64,000 nucleotides of DNA from an uncultured candidate division Zixibacteria bacterium (GTDB lineage Bacteria > Zixibacteria > MSB-5A5 > GN15 > FEB-12): NCBI GenBank assembly GCA_963806185.1, contig CAWDXE010000001.1, forward strand, positions 96,001 to 160,000, in the 5' to 3' direction. How positions within the stretch are numbered: position 1 is the stretch's first letter; the number at the start of each line of letters is the position of its first letter. Shown in pieces: positions 42,443 to 52,676 of the stretch. The notes under the pieces were generated by a model, which saw only the letters and a list, made by a program, of their open reading frames with translations, searched no databases and was not told where the DNA came from. The translations under genes were made by a program, and so were the position numbers.

Positions 42443-43027
42443 CTAGTCGTCGGTCCGGTCGGCCAGCAGTTGGGGACAGGAGATAGTAAGCTCTTTGCGC
42501 AGTCGCGCTCGGGCGCGGTGTACATACCAGCGAACAGTCGCCTCGGGCACTCTCATGGTCGCCGCGATATGGTTGATCTCATGCCCTTCGACATCCCGCA
42601 TGTGAAACGCTGACCGCTCTTTCGACGACAACAGCTTCGTCGCCGCCACCACGTGCTTCGCGAGGCGGCGACGATAGTACAACCGGTCGGGCGTCGGCCC
42701 TGAATCGATGAACATTTCTTCGCAGGAGTCGAGCGATTCGTGTGACGTTCGGCGTGACCGCCGAAGCTGATCGATGGCGGCGTTAAGCGTAATGCGATGA
42801 AGCCAGGTGGAAAACTTCCGCTCCGTGTCGTAACGCCAGAAATTCAGCGCCATCTTCAGAAAAACCGTCTGGGCAATATCAGCAGCCTGGTCCGAGTCTC
42901 TGACCACCCGATACGCTACATTCACCACCTGCCGATAGTGCCGGCGTATCAACTCGGCCAGGTGGGCCCGCTGATCCGGTGAAAGGACCGGCCGGGCAGT
43001 CGCCGGGATATCATAGGGGACTGCCAT
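42443..43027 (-). CDS. ECF-family RNA polymerase sigma factor
   Basis: Region 2 AADIAQTVF..FSTWLHRITLNAAID; region 4 EATVRWYVHRARARLR. Confidence 0.9.
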   Translation of the reverse strand: MAVPYDIPATARPVLSPDQRAHLAELIRRHYRQVVNVAYRVVRDSDQAADIAQTVFLKMALNFWRYDTERKFSTWLHRITLNAAIDQLRRSRRTSHESLDSCEEMFIDSGPTPDRLYYRRRLAKHVVAATKLLSSKERSAFHMRDVEGHEINHIAATMRVPEATVRWYVHRARARLRKELTISCPQLLADRTDD

Positions 43028-43179
43028 TGTCGATTCGCCTCCGACAGTTTCTGCTGGACGACAGCTTCGAGCGACCTCCGCTCGATTCCGTTAACATTGG
43101 TAATGTCGCTCGTTATTGTCCTGAATATACGGCACTGGATGACCGGCGCCAAGTCGTTTCTCGTAGCCTGTCCACCAAT

Positions 43180-43205
43180 AAAAAAGCCCGCCGATCGGCG
43201 GGCTT
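43180..43205 (-). terminator. Terminator after the M23 gene
   Basis: AAGCCCGCC-GATC-GGCGGGCTTTTTT. Confidence 0.85.
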
Positions 43206-43223
43206 GATAATACGTCTCGAGGC

Positions 43224-44132
43224 TTACATCTCGTTCAGGATGTAACTCCGGGGGTTCTGTGCCCTACCATTCTTGTAGACTTCATAGTGAAGATGCGGGC
43301 CGGTCGAATATCCGGTCGAACCCATCAACGCGATCTTGTCGCCCCGTTCCACTGACTGGCCCACCCGAACCAGCGCCTTGGACAGGTGCCCGTACCGCGT
43401 CTTCAGACCAAAACCATGATCGATTTCAATCATCATGCCCATCCCGGCGAACGGACCCACATACGCCACTCGGCCGTTGGCCGGTGAGATAACCGTCGTC
43501 CCGGTCTTGTTGGCTATATCCAGACCATTGTGCATCTGCTCGTAACCGGTAAAAGGATCGTACTGCATCCCGAAGCCGCGCGATTGCCAGCCGTCAGTCG
43601 GCCAAATCGACGGGGTATGATCTAATTGACCCTTTAGGTCAGTCAACGAACGCTCGATTTCATTAAACTTCTGGAGTTCGAAATCGGATAGGCGCAACAG
43701 GCGGTCGACTTCGGTTTCCGTCCCGTAGGCCGCCTTTTCGCCCAAACTCAGCGCATTATAGTTGGTCGGACCGGGACCACCAACACCCAGCTGGCGCTCA
43801 CCCTGGTTGATTTCCGGAAGCTTGAAGATGCCGCGTATGGCAATCTCCTTGTTCACCAAATCGACCAGTCGCGAATCTAGGGTGGTTATCTCGGACTTGA
43901 ACTGATCATACTTGTCGGCCAGCGACTTATTCTCCGCCTTGAGCGTCTGCAATTCCTTGTCAGCCACTCGGTTCGTGAAAAATTCGGCGGCCATGTAGAA
44001 AGTCGACAGGAGCGACAGTACAATCACGATTCCCACGGCATAAAACGCCGCAATCGGAATCTTCAATTCCCTGGCGACTTGAGTACAATCCGGTACTATG
44101 ATAAATGTTATTCTCTTCTTCAATCTTTTCAT
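43224..44132 (-). CDS. M23 family peptidoglycan endopeptidase
   Basis: N-terminal TM helix and coiled coil; PSIWP, HNGLD, YGHLS, STGPHLHYEV. Confidence 0.92.
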   Translation of the reverse strand: MKRLKKRITFIIVPDCTQVARELKIPIAAFYAVGIVIVLSLLSTFYMAAEFFTNRVADKELQTLKAENKSLADKYDQFKSEITTLDSRLVDLVNKEIAIRGIFKLPEINQGERQLGVGGPGPTNYNALSLGEKAAYGTETEVDRLLRLSDFELQKFNEIERSLTDLKGQLDHTPSIWPTDGWQSRGFGMQYDPFTGYEQMHNGLDIANKTGTTVISPANGRVAYVGPFAGMGMMIEIDHGFGLKTRYGHLSKALVRVGQSVERGDKIALMGSTGYSTGPHLHYEVYKNGRAQNPRSYILNEM

Positions 44133-44266
44133 AGGTAGAACGTCCCGTATCTCCTGTTGTGATAACCTCATAGCGAGGTTCGCCCATCCTGGCGGGCACC
44201 TGAAAGCACAGAAGGTAGGAGCCTGGGAGGCTGCTGTCAAGCTTAAAAGGGATGCTTTTCCGAGAG

Positions 44267-44407
44267 CTACTTCACCAACATGTACTCGCGCTTGAGCACT
44301 TTGTTGACGATCTTCACCAGCTTGTCAGACTCCAGGTTCTGCAGACTGTACAGATGCCAGTAGGTTTTACGCGGCAGCGATACTTCCTTCTTCTTTCTGT
44401 CCGTCAT
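44267..44407 (-). CDS. Small basic protein, 46 aa (below the ORF-track cutoff)
   Basis: MTDRKKKEVSLPRKTYWHLYSLQNLESDKLVKIVNKVLKREYMLVK; RBS AAAGGA; genome-typical codons. Confidence 0.7.
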   Translation of the reverse strand: MTDRKKKEVSLPRKTYWHLYSLQNLESDKLVKIVNKVLKREYMLVK

Positions 44408-44467
44408 GGCCGTTCCTTTCGTCCGTTTCATCAGCCCGAGAGGTGTCGGCCGTTGCCTATACCAAAT

Positions 44468-44527
44468 CTATCGGGCCACCAAAGAAAACCTTAACCGACA
44501 GATCGCCTTATTGCACATCACGTGCCC
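44468..44527 (-). promoter_or_regulatory. Tandem sigma28-like and sigma54-like promoters upstream of the 46-aa ORF
   Basis: TTAA-N15-CCCGATAG (44468-44494); GGGCAC-N5-GTGC (44513-44527); IHF-like GGACAACAATTTG at 44578-44590. Confidence 0.4.
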
Positions 44528-44810
44528 GCGTAGAACATTCTGCCCTCCGCTCACACAATAATTGTTATGATGTTGTAGGACAACAATTTGCTTGCACGCC
44601 CGCCCGGCCAAACAGACGAAAGTTCTGCATAAATGGTGCAGCGGCCATAAGTTAGGCCATAGTTGCTGCTCATCGGCTGAGCAGTTGCCCAACACCTGGA
44701 CACCAACCGTCTTGCCGCTCCGTGACTTATCGTCCCGGCTTTGTGGCAATTGACAGACCTTTCCCCCCGCCGTACTTTGTCCCTTCACCTTTTTTGAGAA
44801 GGAATAATTC

Positions 44811-45572
44811 GTGACCCTCACCAATAAGATCGTCCTCGTCACTGGTGCATCGTCCGGTATCGGCGAGGCCTGCGCTCGCAAATTTGCCGAATCCGGCGCC
44901 AAAGTCATCATGGTCGCTCGCCGAATTGACCGCCTCCAGAAACTGGCCAAAGCACTCTCCACACCTACCCACGTGGGGAAGCTCGATGTCCGCAATCGGG
45001 CGGAGGTTGAGAAATTTGTCGGGAGTTTACCGGACGATTGGCGATCAATCGATATCCTGGTGAACAACGCCGGCCTGAGTCGCGACCTGAAGAAAGTCCA
45101 GGAGGCCAATGTCGACGGCTGGGACGAGATGATCGACACCAACGTCAAGGGCCTGCTCTACGTCACCCGGGCCGTCCTTCCCGGCATGATTCAGCGCAAC
45201 CAGGGACATATCATTAATATTGGCTCGATTGCCGGTACCGACGTCTACCCCGGCGGCCACGTCTACTGCGCCACCAAGTTTGCCGTCCATGCCCTGACTC
45301 GGGGGATCATGATGGACGTGGTCGATACGCCCATCCGCGTTTCAAGCGTCGACCCCGGCCTTGTCGAGACCGAGTTTTCTGAGGTTCGCTTTTGGGGGAA
45401 AGAAACCGACCGGGCGAAAAACGTCTATAAAGGGTACATGCCGTTGACCGGCGATGATATCGCCGACGCGGTTGTCTGGACGGCCACTCGTCCGGCTCAC
45501 GTTCAGGTCGCCCAACTGGTGATCCTCCCCACTGCCCAGGCTGGCGCCATGGTCGTGCACAAGAATCTGTAG
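44811..45572 (+). CDS. SDR oxidoreductase (YdfG-like)
   Basis: TGASSGIG, LVNNAG, YCATK, DPGLVETEFS, RPAHV. Confidence 0.92.
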   Translation: MTLTNKIVLVTGASSGIGEACARKFAESGAKVIMVARRIDRLQKLAKALSTPTHVGKLDVRNRAEVEKFVGSLPDDWRSIDILVNNAGLSRDLKKVQEANVDGWDEMIDTNVKGLLYVTRAVLPGMIQRNQGHIINIGSIAGTDVYPGGHVYCATKFAVHALTRGIMMDVVDTPIRVSSVDPGLVETEFSEVRFWGKETDRAKNVYKGYMPLTGDDIADAVVWTATRPAHVQVAQLVILPTAQAGAMVVHKNL

Positions 45573-45598
45573 GTCAAAACCCTTGTGGGTTTGACCTA
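45569..45598. repeat. GTAG-type REP-like palindrome overlapping the SDR stop codon
   Basis: GTAGGTCAAAACCC-TTGT-GGGTTTGACCTA. Confidence 0.6.
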
Positions 45599-45631
45599 TT
45601 CTCGGCAATTGACTTTGACCTAGTCCTCCGC

Positions 45632-45761
45632 GTAGGTCAGGCTTCCTTTTCCATTTGAACAAGAAGCCTGACACGCAGAGACTCATTGTACGCTGGCGCA
45701 CGAGACGTACGCCCTCCAAAGTACCTTCTCCGTCGCACTGACCGAAGTCGAAGTGCGACGA
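45632..45761 (+). repeat. 130-bp composite REP-like repeat, copy 1
   Basis: GTAG-GTCAGGCTTC..GAAGCCTGAC, a 28-nt variable spacer, then CGTCGCACTGA.CGAAGTCGAAGTGCGACG; collinear with 47014-47143. Confidence 0.9.
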
Positions 45762-45954
45762 CGCCACGTCTCCAAGCCTCACCCCCGCCTTGAGCGGGTG
45801 CCCATTCCTCCGTCCATGCGCAAACTTCAGATTAACAGAGTCGACCGGAATCGGCCGCGTACGATATCTCCTATCTTCAAGATTCCCAATTGCCTGAGCC
45901 GGTGAATTTCACCTATACTAACTCTATAAATTCGCCAACTGAGTCCAATATGAG

Positions 45955-46965
45955 GTGTTCGTGAAGATCACGAGAAGCCTTGGATCAACACTGGCCCTGC
46001 TGGTCATAGTCCCATTGGTCGTTTGGCTCCTTGAGTTCATGTCGACTGATCCGCGAAGCCCTCTGCGGAAGTCGGTGCCACACTTCCGCATCTATTTTAC
46101 AGAATCGTGGAATCATCTCGATACCCTGAAGGTAGCCCATGTTTTCGATAGCGAATTGGGCAAAGTGGCTGACGTACCGTATGACGCCACGCTCACACAT
46201 CAATATCAAGTGGACAATGCCAGGGCGGTCAACAAACGGCTATTCACGAATTTCTGGGATAACGATATACCGTTTCATTTCTGTAACGATTTGTCGCCCT
46301 TGATCCCTTCGCCGACATCGCCGAGTCGTACACCGATAGAGGGATTCATCGAGGACTGTTACAAGCAAGATGGATTGCTCGCCATAATTCTGTACATTTC
46401 ACCGTGGCTCAAGGAGGATTCGTCAGCCCCGGGATTTCAGACCTATATGAATCGCCGTGGAGCGTTGCTGGTGCATTACGCTCAAGAAGATACGGTTGTC
46501 CTCGTGGACAGCATATCCATCGTGGAGGGTTCCGATTCGCTTAACTCCGTCTCACTCTCCGGGACTTTCGCTCGAGACGGGAGACAACTCTATTACCGAC
46601 GGCAAAATCAGGCCCGGGCATATGATTTGCGGATGCATCAACGGGTTGACATCCCTGGCCTCCGCAAACTGCTCGTACCACTCAACGATGATCGCCTCTT
46701 GGGGATCTCGACGAACGGCAAACAATTGTGCCTGCTGGACAGCGCGCTGCTCGTGGAATCCTCTATGGATATTCCGCGCGACAACGTGGATTGTATGGCA
46801 CGAGTAACGGATAAGCTGTACATAGTCTCGTTCCCGGTCCATCGCAATGGGTTTGAGAAGTTTGCGGACACTGACATATGCCTCTGCAACTTTGCAACGA
46901 ATACCTGCAAGCTGCTGATATCCGCTCCCCTCTCGAAAATTCTGGAGGTGAGTGTAGCGCCATAG
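45955..46965 (+). CDS. Orphan membrane-anchored hypothetical protein, 336 aa
   Basis: Long ORF with N-terminal TM helix, beta-rich C-terminus (FARDGRQLYY), atypical codon usage. Confidence 0.7.
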   Translation: MFVKITRSLGSTLALLVIVPLVVWLLEFMSTDPRSPLRKSVPHFRIYFTESWNHLDTLKVAHVFDSELGKVADVPYDATLTHQYQVDNARAVNKRLFTNFWDNDIPFHFCNDLSPLIPSPTSPSRTPIEGFIEDCYKQDGLLAIILYISPWLKEDSSAPGFQTYMNRRGALLVHYAQEDTVVLVDSISIVEGSDSLNSVSLSGTFARDGRQLYYRRQNQARAYDLRMHQRVDIPGLRKLLVPLNDDRLLGISTNGKQLCLLDSALLVESSMDIPRDNVDCMARVTDKLYIVSFPVHRNGFEKFADTDICLCNFATNTCKLLISAPLSKILEVSVAP

Positions 46966-47013
46966 GTCGGGTTCCGGAGCGAGCCCTGCTCGCGGAGAAA
47001 CCCGACATCTCAA

Positions 47014-47143
47014 GTAGGTCAGGCTTCCATTTCAATTTGAACAAGAAGCCTGACATGTAGTGATTACCTATCGGCCGACGCTATAGACGTACGCCATCCA
47101 AAGTACCTTCTCCGTCGCACTGAGCGAAGTCGAAGTGCGACGA
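47014..47143 (+). repeat. 130-bp composite REP-like repeat, copy 2
   Basis: Same length and near-identical ends as 45632-45761; preceded by another hairpin GTCGGGTT..AACCCGAC at ~46966-47006. Confidence 0.9.
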
Positions 47144-47224
47144 TCCTTTCGCCCCCCCTTGCGCCCACAGCCCCCCTCTCCTATCTTCCCTTTTTCACTC
47201 GAATCCAAACGAAGGAATCGCCCC

Positions 47225-48052
47225 ATGTCCCGTGCACTACCGTTCATTTCGCTCATCTGTCTCGCGGCTACTCTATCCGCCCAACCTAACGATAAACCGC
47301 TCCTCATCCTCTACGCCTTTCCCGCCGAGGGTGTCGAGCTGTCTCAGCAGATGACCGTCACCCAAACCGATACGCTCCTCGGTCACGCCGTCTGGTTCGG
47401 CCAACTGTCGGGCAAGAAAGTGATCGTCGCCGAATCGGGCGTCGGCATGACCAACGCCGCCATGACCACGCAATTCCTAATCGACAAATTCTCTCCGCGT
47501 GGCTTGCTCTTCACCGGCATCGCCGGCGCCATCGACACGTCCGTTCACGTGGGCGATATTGCTGTCTGTCGGCGGTGGGCAACGCATGACTTCGTCTATG
47601 CCGGCCCCGACAAAACCGTCAAGGAGCCGCTCGAGACGTATGTCGCCGCCAGCGATTCCATCGTGGAAACCATGTTCTTTCAGGTCGACAGCACATACTT
47701 CACGATCGCCACAAAAGTCAGTACAGAGCAGCTTCCATTCATGAGCATCGGTGACCGCAAACCGAAGGTGATAGTCAACAGCAACGGGGTCAGCGGCAAT
47801 GCCTTCATCGACAACGCTGACAAACGCAATTGGCTGCACACCGAATTCGATGCCCAGATAACCGACATGGAATCGGCTGCGGTGGCGCAGGTCTGCACGG
47901 CGAACGGCGTGCCGTATATCATCTTTCGCTCATCGTCGGATCTGGCGGGTGGCTCGAAGAAGGAAACGGCCAAGGAGCAGCTGAAGCGTTTCTTCGAGGT
48001 CGCCGCTTTCAACTCCGCCACGCTGGTGAAGGCGTTTGTGGGGAAAATGTAG
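47225..48052 (+). CDS. MTA/SAH nucleosidase-family (PNP_UDP_1) enzyme with signal peptide
   Basis: SGVGMTNAA, FTGIAG, DMESAAVAQV, RSSSD; RBS GAAGGA; hydrophobic leader ending TLSA|Q. Confidence 0.88.
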   Translation: MSRALPFISLICLAATLSAQPNDKPLLILYAFPAEGVELSQQMTVTQTDTLLGHAVWFGQLSGKKVIVAESGVGMTNAAMTTQFLIDKFSPRGLLFTGIAGAIDTSVHVGDIAVCRRWATHDFVYAGPDKTVKEPLETYVAASDSIVETMFFQVDSTYFTIATKVSTEQLPFMSIGDRKPKVIVNSNGVSGNAFIDNADKRNWLHTEFDAQITDMESAAVAQVCTANGVPYIIFRSSSDLAGGSKKETAKEQLKRFFEVAAFNSATLVKAFVGKM

Positions 48053-48318
48053 GTTTGGCTTGCCCGGCTGTTTGCCGGCCCGCAATCCCCAACTGCCACA
48101 CACCAACACTCATTGCGAGGAGTTCGCCGAAGGCGGACGACGCGGCAATCTCAAACCATCCGATGAATACCGAGTGTGCGCCATCGCTCAAATCAATCAA
48201 TGTCGAAATCGTCGGGCTGAGCGAGGTCGAAGCCAAATTGACTGCCGGCTGGCGCACGAGACCTACGCCAGCAACCGAATCACCCTGCTTCTGGCTACCC
48301 GCTTTCGCGGGTATGACA
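48049..48318. repeat. Mosaic of about five GTAG/CGTC-type short palindromic repeats
   Basis: GTAGGTTTGGCTTGC..GCAA (48049), CATTGCGAGGAG..GCAATCTC (48111-48152), CGTCGGGCTGAGCGAGGTCGAAGCC (48210-48234), GCTGGCG..CGCCAGC (48248-48272), TACCCGCTTTCGCGGGTATGACA (~48296-48318). Confidence 0.75.
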
Positions 48319-48416
48319 TTGATGCAGAACCCAGGCATGGGTTTTGCGCTCCCCCCCAACCTCTTTCCCCACTTTTCCTTGCGCCAAAAATCGACCTCGG
48401 GCGTATATTATGTATT

Positions 48417-49157
48417 ATGCTCACTCTTCGCCTGACACCCCTCACCGTCATTTTGCTCGTTTGGGCTACCTCAGCGTTTGCCCAGGTCAACGTCACCCCC
48501 GTCCCGCGCAACAGGGCCATACCAGTCAACAGGTTACAACAGGATCAGGCCAATCCCAATCCTTCCTCCATCAAGGTCGCCCGCCTTCACTACTCCGGCG
48601 GCGGCGACTGGTACTGGGGAAGCTCCGCCATTCCCAACTTCCTTGCGTATATCAGGTCCAGTACCGACTTCCCGGTCGACACCCTCGAAAAGACCGTCAC
48701 GCTCACCGACCCCGACCTGTTCAAGTATCCATTCCTCTTCGCCACCGGTCACGGCGTGATGAGCTTCACCCCCGAGGAAAAGGAACGCCTCCGCACCTAT
48801 CTCGGCGCCGGCGGCTTCCTCTTCGTCAACGATTCGTACGGCATGAAAGAAACGTTCCTCAAGGAAATGGCGCAGATCTTCCCCGAACGTCAGGTCACCG
48901 AACTCCCCTTCGATCACCCGATCTACCACTCATTTTATCATTTCCCCGGCGGCCCGCCCAAGATTCATGAACATGACAACAAACCGCCCCGGGGGTATGC
49001 CGTGATCGTCAACGGACGCGTGGTCGTCTACTTCCTTGTGGAATCGGACATCGGCGACGGTTGGGAGGATCCGCAGGTGCACAACGATCCACCCGAAAAA
49101 CGGCAGGAAGCCCTCAAGATGGGGGTTAACCTTCTCACCTACGCTTTGTTATATTGA
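48417..49157 (+). CDS. DUF4159 domain protein
   Basis: Signal peptide; YSGGGDWY, YPFLFATGHG, LPFDHPIYH, PKIHEHD, DIGDGWED, ALKMGVN. Confidence 0.85.
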   Translation: MLTLRLTPLTVILLVWATSAFAQVNVTPVPRNRAIPVNRLQQDQANPNPSSIKVARLHYSGGGDWYWGSSAIPNFLAYIRSSTDFPVDTLEKTVTLTDPDLFKYPFLFATGHGVMSFTPEEKERLRTYLGAGGFLFVNDSYGMKETFLKEMAQIFPERQVTELPFDHPIYHSFYHFPGGPPKIHEHDNKPPRGYAVIVNGRVVVYFLVESDIGDGWEDPQVHNDPPEKRQEALKMGVNLLTYALLY

Positions 49158-49184
49158 AGTACCCACGCTGAACTACTCGCGCGA

Positions 49185-49211
49185 TAGAGACTACCGGCAA
49201 TCGGCCGATAA
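49185..49211 (+). promoter_or_regulatory. sigma28-like promoter
   Basis: TAGA-N15-GCCGATAA. Confidence 0.5.
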
Positions 49212-49230
49212 TTGACAGAGGAAATCGATT

Positions 49231-52200
49231 ATGACCCGGAACGATACAAGCACTCAATTGATCGAAAGACTGCGCTCGGTCCTCGTCCGTCAGCGTCTGG
49301 TGATGTTCGCCGCCGGTACGCTCTGACGACCATTGCCGCGCTCATCGGCGCCTGGATTCTGCTTTCGCTTCTGGCGAATGTCATGGTCCTTCCGGTCTGG
49401 TTCAAGATCATCATCCTGCTTGCCGTCGCCGCGTCCGCAGTCTACCTCTTCGGCAGGTTTGCGATCCGTCGTCTTTTCGACGGCGACATCGATCAAGTAG
49501 CCGTCGGTCTCGAACAGAAGCACGCCGACCTCAAGGGACGTCTCATCGCCGCGATCCAATTCTCCCGCATGCCCAAGCCGGAAGGATTCTCGCAGGAACT
49601 GATCGACTACACCGAACGCCAGGCCTACGAACGCACCGCCCATGTCGATTTCAACGAAATCGTCACCTTCAATCCGGTGCTCAAAACCTCGCGCTACTTC
49701 GCGGTCTCGGCAGTCATTGCTGTCGCGATGTTGCTCCTGTTCCCCGGCCTGTTCAGCTATTCGTACAAAGTGTATTCCAATCCGACCACCGAGGTCGCCC
49801 CACCGCTCGGCTACTCGCTGACCGCCGTGCCCGGTGCCACCGAGTGGGTGAAATATCGCGATATCCAGATCGGCGGTCTGCTTACCGGCCGCAATTTGCC
49901 GGCCACGGCCGACGTATACCATCGCTTTGCCGGCGGCAACTGGCAGAAGACCCGTCTCGATCTCACCGCACAAAAACCATCACCTGCGTCCATGGGCGAC
50001 TCCCTGCCATTCGGCCTGACCCTTCGCCAGGTTGCCAAGTCGTTCGACTACTATGTCGAGGCCGGCGATCTCAAAACCGAGGTTCAGAAAATCGACGTGG
50101 TCGATCGCCCCCGCATCACCGGCATCGCGCTCAACATTTTCTACCCCGACTACACCGGCCTGAAGCCGCAGACCATCGACGAAAACAACGGCTCCTTCTC
50201 CGCCGTCGTCGGCAGCCGAGTCAATATGAAGATCGAAGCGAATTTGCCCGTGCAGAAAGCCGAACTTGTTTTCGACGACTCCAGCCGTACGCCGATTGAA
50301 GTCAACAGCAAGACTGGCGACGTCTCCCTGCGAGTCGACAAATCGCGCGGTTACTACATTCACCTGGTCGATCACCTCGGCGAATTCAATCCCGATCCGA
50401 TCCAGTACTACATTACCGCCGTCCCCGACGAGTATCCCTCCATCGACGTTGTCCGCCCCGGTTTCGACGCCAATTTAACCGACGAGATGATTCTCCCGCT
50501 CAAAGTGCGCATTCTCGACGATTACGGTTTCACATCGCTCGTCATGAAATACACCATCACCTCTCGGGGGACAACCTCTCAGGAGAATGTCGCCATCCTC
50601 CATTTCTCCGATAAGATCAAGACTGAGGGCGACGTCGAATTCAACTGGGACATGGACAAGCTGAATCTCTACCCCGGCGATTTTGTCACGTACCAGTTCG
50701 AGATCGCCGACAACGACCGGATCACCGGCCCCAAGGTCACCAAGTCCCGGCCGTTCATCGCCCGCCTCCCCTCGCTCGACGAAATCATCACCGAGCAGCA
50801 GCAGGAGGGCGAGGTCCGTATCGCCAAGACTGAGGATGTCATCAAGTCGGGCCAGGATCTTGTCCAGCGCCTGAAGCAGATTTCGCGCAAGATCGACGCG
50901 CAGTCGAAAACTTCTCAAACGACCGATTGGCAACAACAGAAGGAGATCGAGTCGCTGGCGGAAAAGAATCAGGAGATGATGCGTCAACTTGAACAATTGT
51001 CCCAGCAGATGGACTCCAGCGTCCAGAAAATGCAGGACAATGCTCTGACCAGCCGTGAAATCATGGAGAAGATGCAGCAGATCCAGAAGCTGTTTGAGGA
51101 AGTCGCCAGTCCGGAAATGCGCGAAGCACAGAAGAAACTGATGGAAGCCCTGCAGAAGATGGATCGCCAGCAGCTTCAGGAAGCTATGAAGAAATTCGAA
51201 ATGTCGCAGAAAGAACTGCTCGACCGTCTCGAACGCACCCTCGCCCTGCTCAAAAAAATGCAGCTCGAACAGAAGATGGAAGCGATGATTCGCAAAGCCG
51301 AGGAACTGGCCCGCCGCCAGGAGCAGATGAACCAGAAGGCTGACGCGTCAAAATCCAATCTACTGCCGTCAATGAGTAAGCAGGAAGATGAGATCAAGCA
51401 GGGGCTCGACGAACTGAAGAAGGAAATCGCTGACCTGGACAAACTCGCCGAAGAAGCGAAAATGAAAGACTCGCCCGAAGCGCAGAAATTCGCCGAGGCC
51501 GTCAAGAAGACCGACGCCGACCAGGATATGAGCAACATGTCCCAATCGTTGCAGAAACAGCAGAAAGACTCGGCCTCGAAGGAAGGCAAGTCGGCTCACT
51601 CCAAGCTCCTCAAAATGATCGATGAAATGCAGACCCAGCAAATGGCCATGCAGGGCGGCGACAGCGAGAAAATCCGCCAGGCGATGCGCCGCGCCATCGA
51701 CGATGCCAACACGCTTTCGCAGAATCAGGAAGACTTGATGAAAGAAGCGGGTACCATGGATCAGAAGTCGCTTGTCCTGCACGACATGGCCGCCTCGGAA
51801 CAGGACATCCTCTCGGCCGCCGCCGGCCTGAAAAATACCATCGATCAGCTCGGCAAACAGTCTCCGTTCATCGCGGCCGAACTCAATCAGCTGCTCAATC
51901 AGGCCGCGCAGAATATGGATATGGCCACCCAGCAGTTTGAGGCCAAAAACGGCGTCGCCGCCTCCACTCATCAGCGCGAAGCCATGGTCAATCTCAATAA
52001 AGCCTCCACTCGCCTGCTCGAATCGCTCGACGCCCAGAAGCAATGCGACAAGGGCGGCGCCTGCAACAAGCCGATGGCTAGTCTCGAATCGCTCAGCCAA
52101 CGGCAAAAGCAACTCAACCAGAAAACCTCCGGCCAATGCAACAATCCCCAGGAGGGTCCCGGCGGCAAACCGTTTATGGGTGATGAGGCCTCCGGCGGCC

Positions 52201-52676
52201 AACGCGCCGAACTCCAGCGCCTCGCCGGCGAACAGGGAGCCATTCGTCAATCCATGCAGGAGCTCGAGGCACAGTTCGGAGATTCGCGCCAGGTCCTCGG
52301 ACGACTGAGCGACATCGCGAGTGAGATGAAGAAAGTTGAAGAAGATATGGCCAAGGGTGACGTCGGCCCGGAGACCACCGAGCGCCAGCTAAAAATCTAT
52401 TCGCGCATGCTCGAAGCCAGCCGTACGCTTCAGCGCAAAGATTTCACTGAACAGCGCAAAGCCACAACCGCCACCGAGCAGCAGGTGTACGCTCCGCCGA
52501 CCATCCCGCAGGAACTGCTCAACGACAAGCTTCATTTCGAGGATCGTCTGCGGCAATTCCTCGGCAAAGACCTGCCCCCGCAGTACGAGGAACAGATCAG
52601 GGCCTATTTCCGCATTCTACTGAATGGCGAAACTGCCCCAACCCCGACCAGCGGAACCGTGGCCCCTCAGCAATGA
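49231..52676 (+). CDS. DUF4175-like membrane protein with long Gln/Met-rich coiled coil; -1 indel near 49323
   Basis: Likely start ATG at 49231 (RBS GAGGA) gives MTRNDTSTQLIERLRSVLVRQRLVMFAAGTL, which joins the long ORF after one missing base; YPDYTG, DDYG, DND and PQYEEQIRAYF motifs. Confidence 0.82.

Noticed and set aside
45632..47143. CRISPR array or integron attC cassette
   Set aside because: Only two copies 1.38 kb apart, no cas or intI gene, and no RYYYAAC/GTTRRRY box arrangement.
48036..48416. N-terminal extension of the DUF4159 ORF
   Set aside because: It reads through the palindromic repeat mosaic; the signal peptide starts at ATG 48417.
50780..52500. Low-complexity CAG/ATG-rich stretch as a tandem repeat
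   Set aside because: It reflects Gln/Met/Lys coiled-coil coding; there is no nucleotide-level repeat unit.
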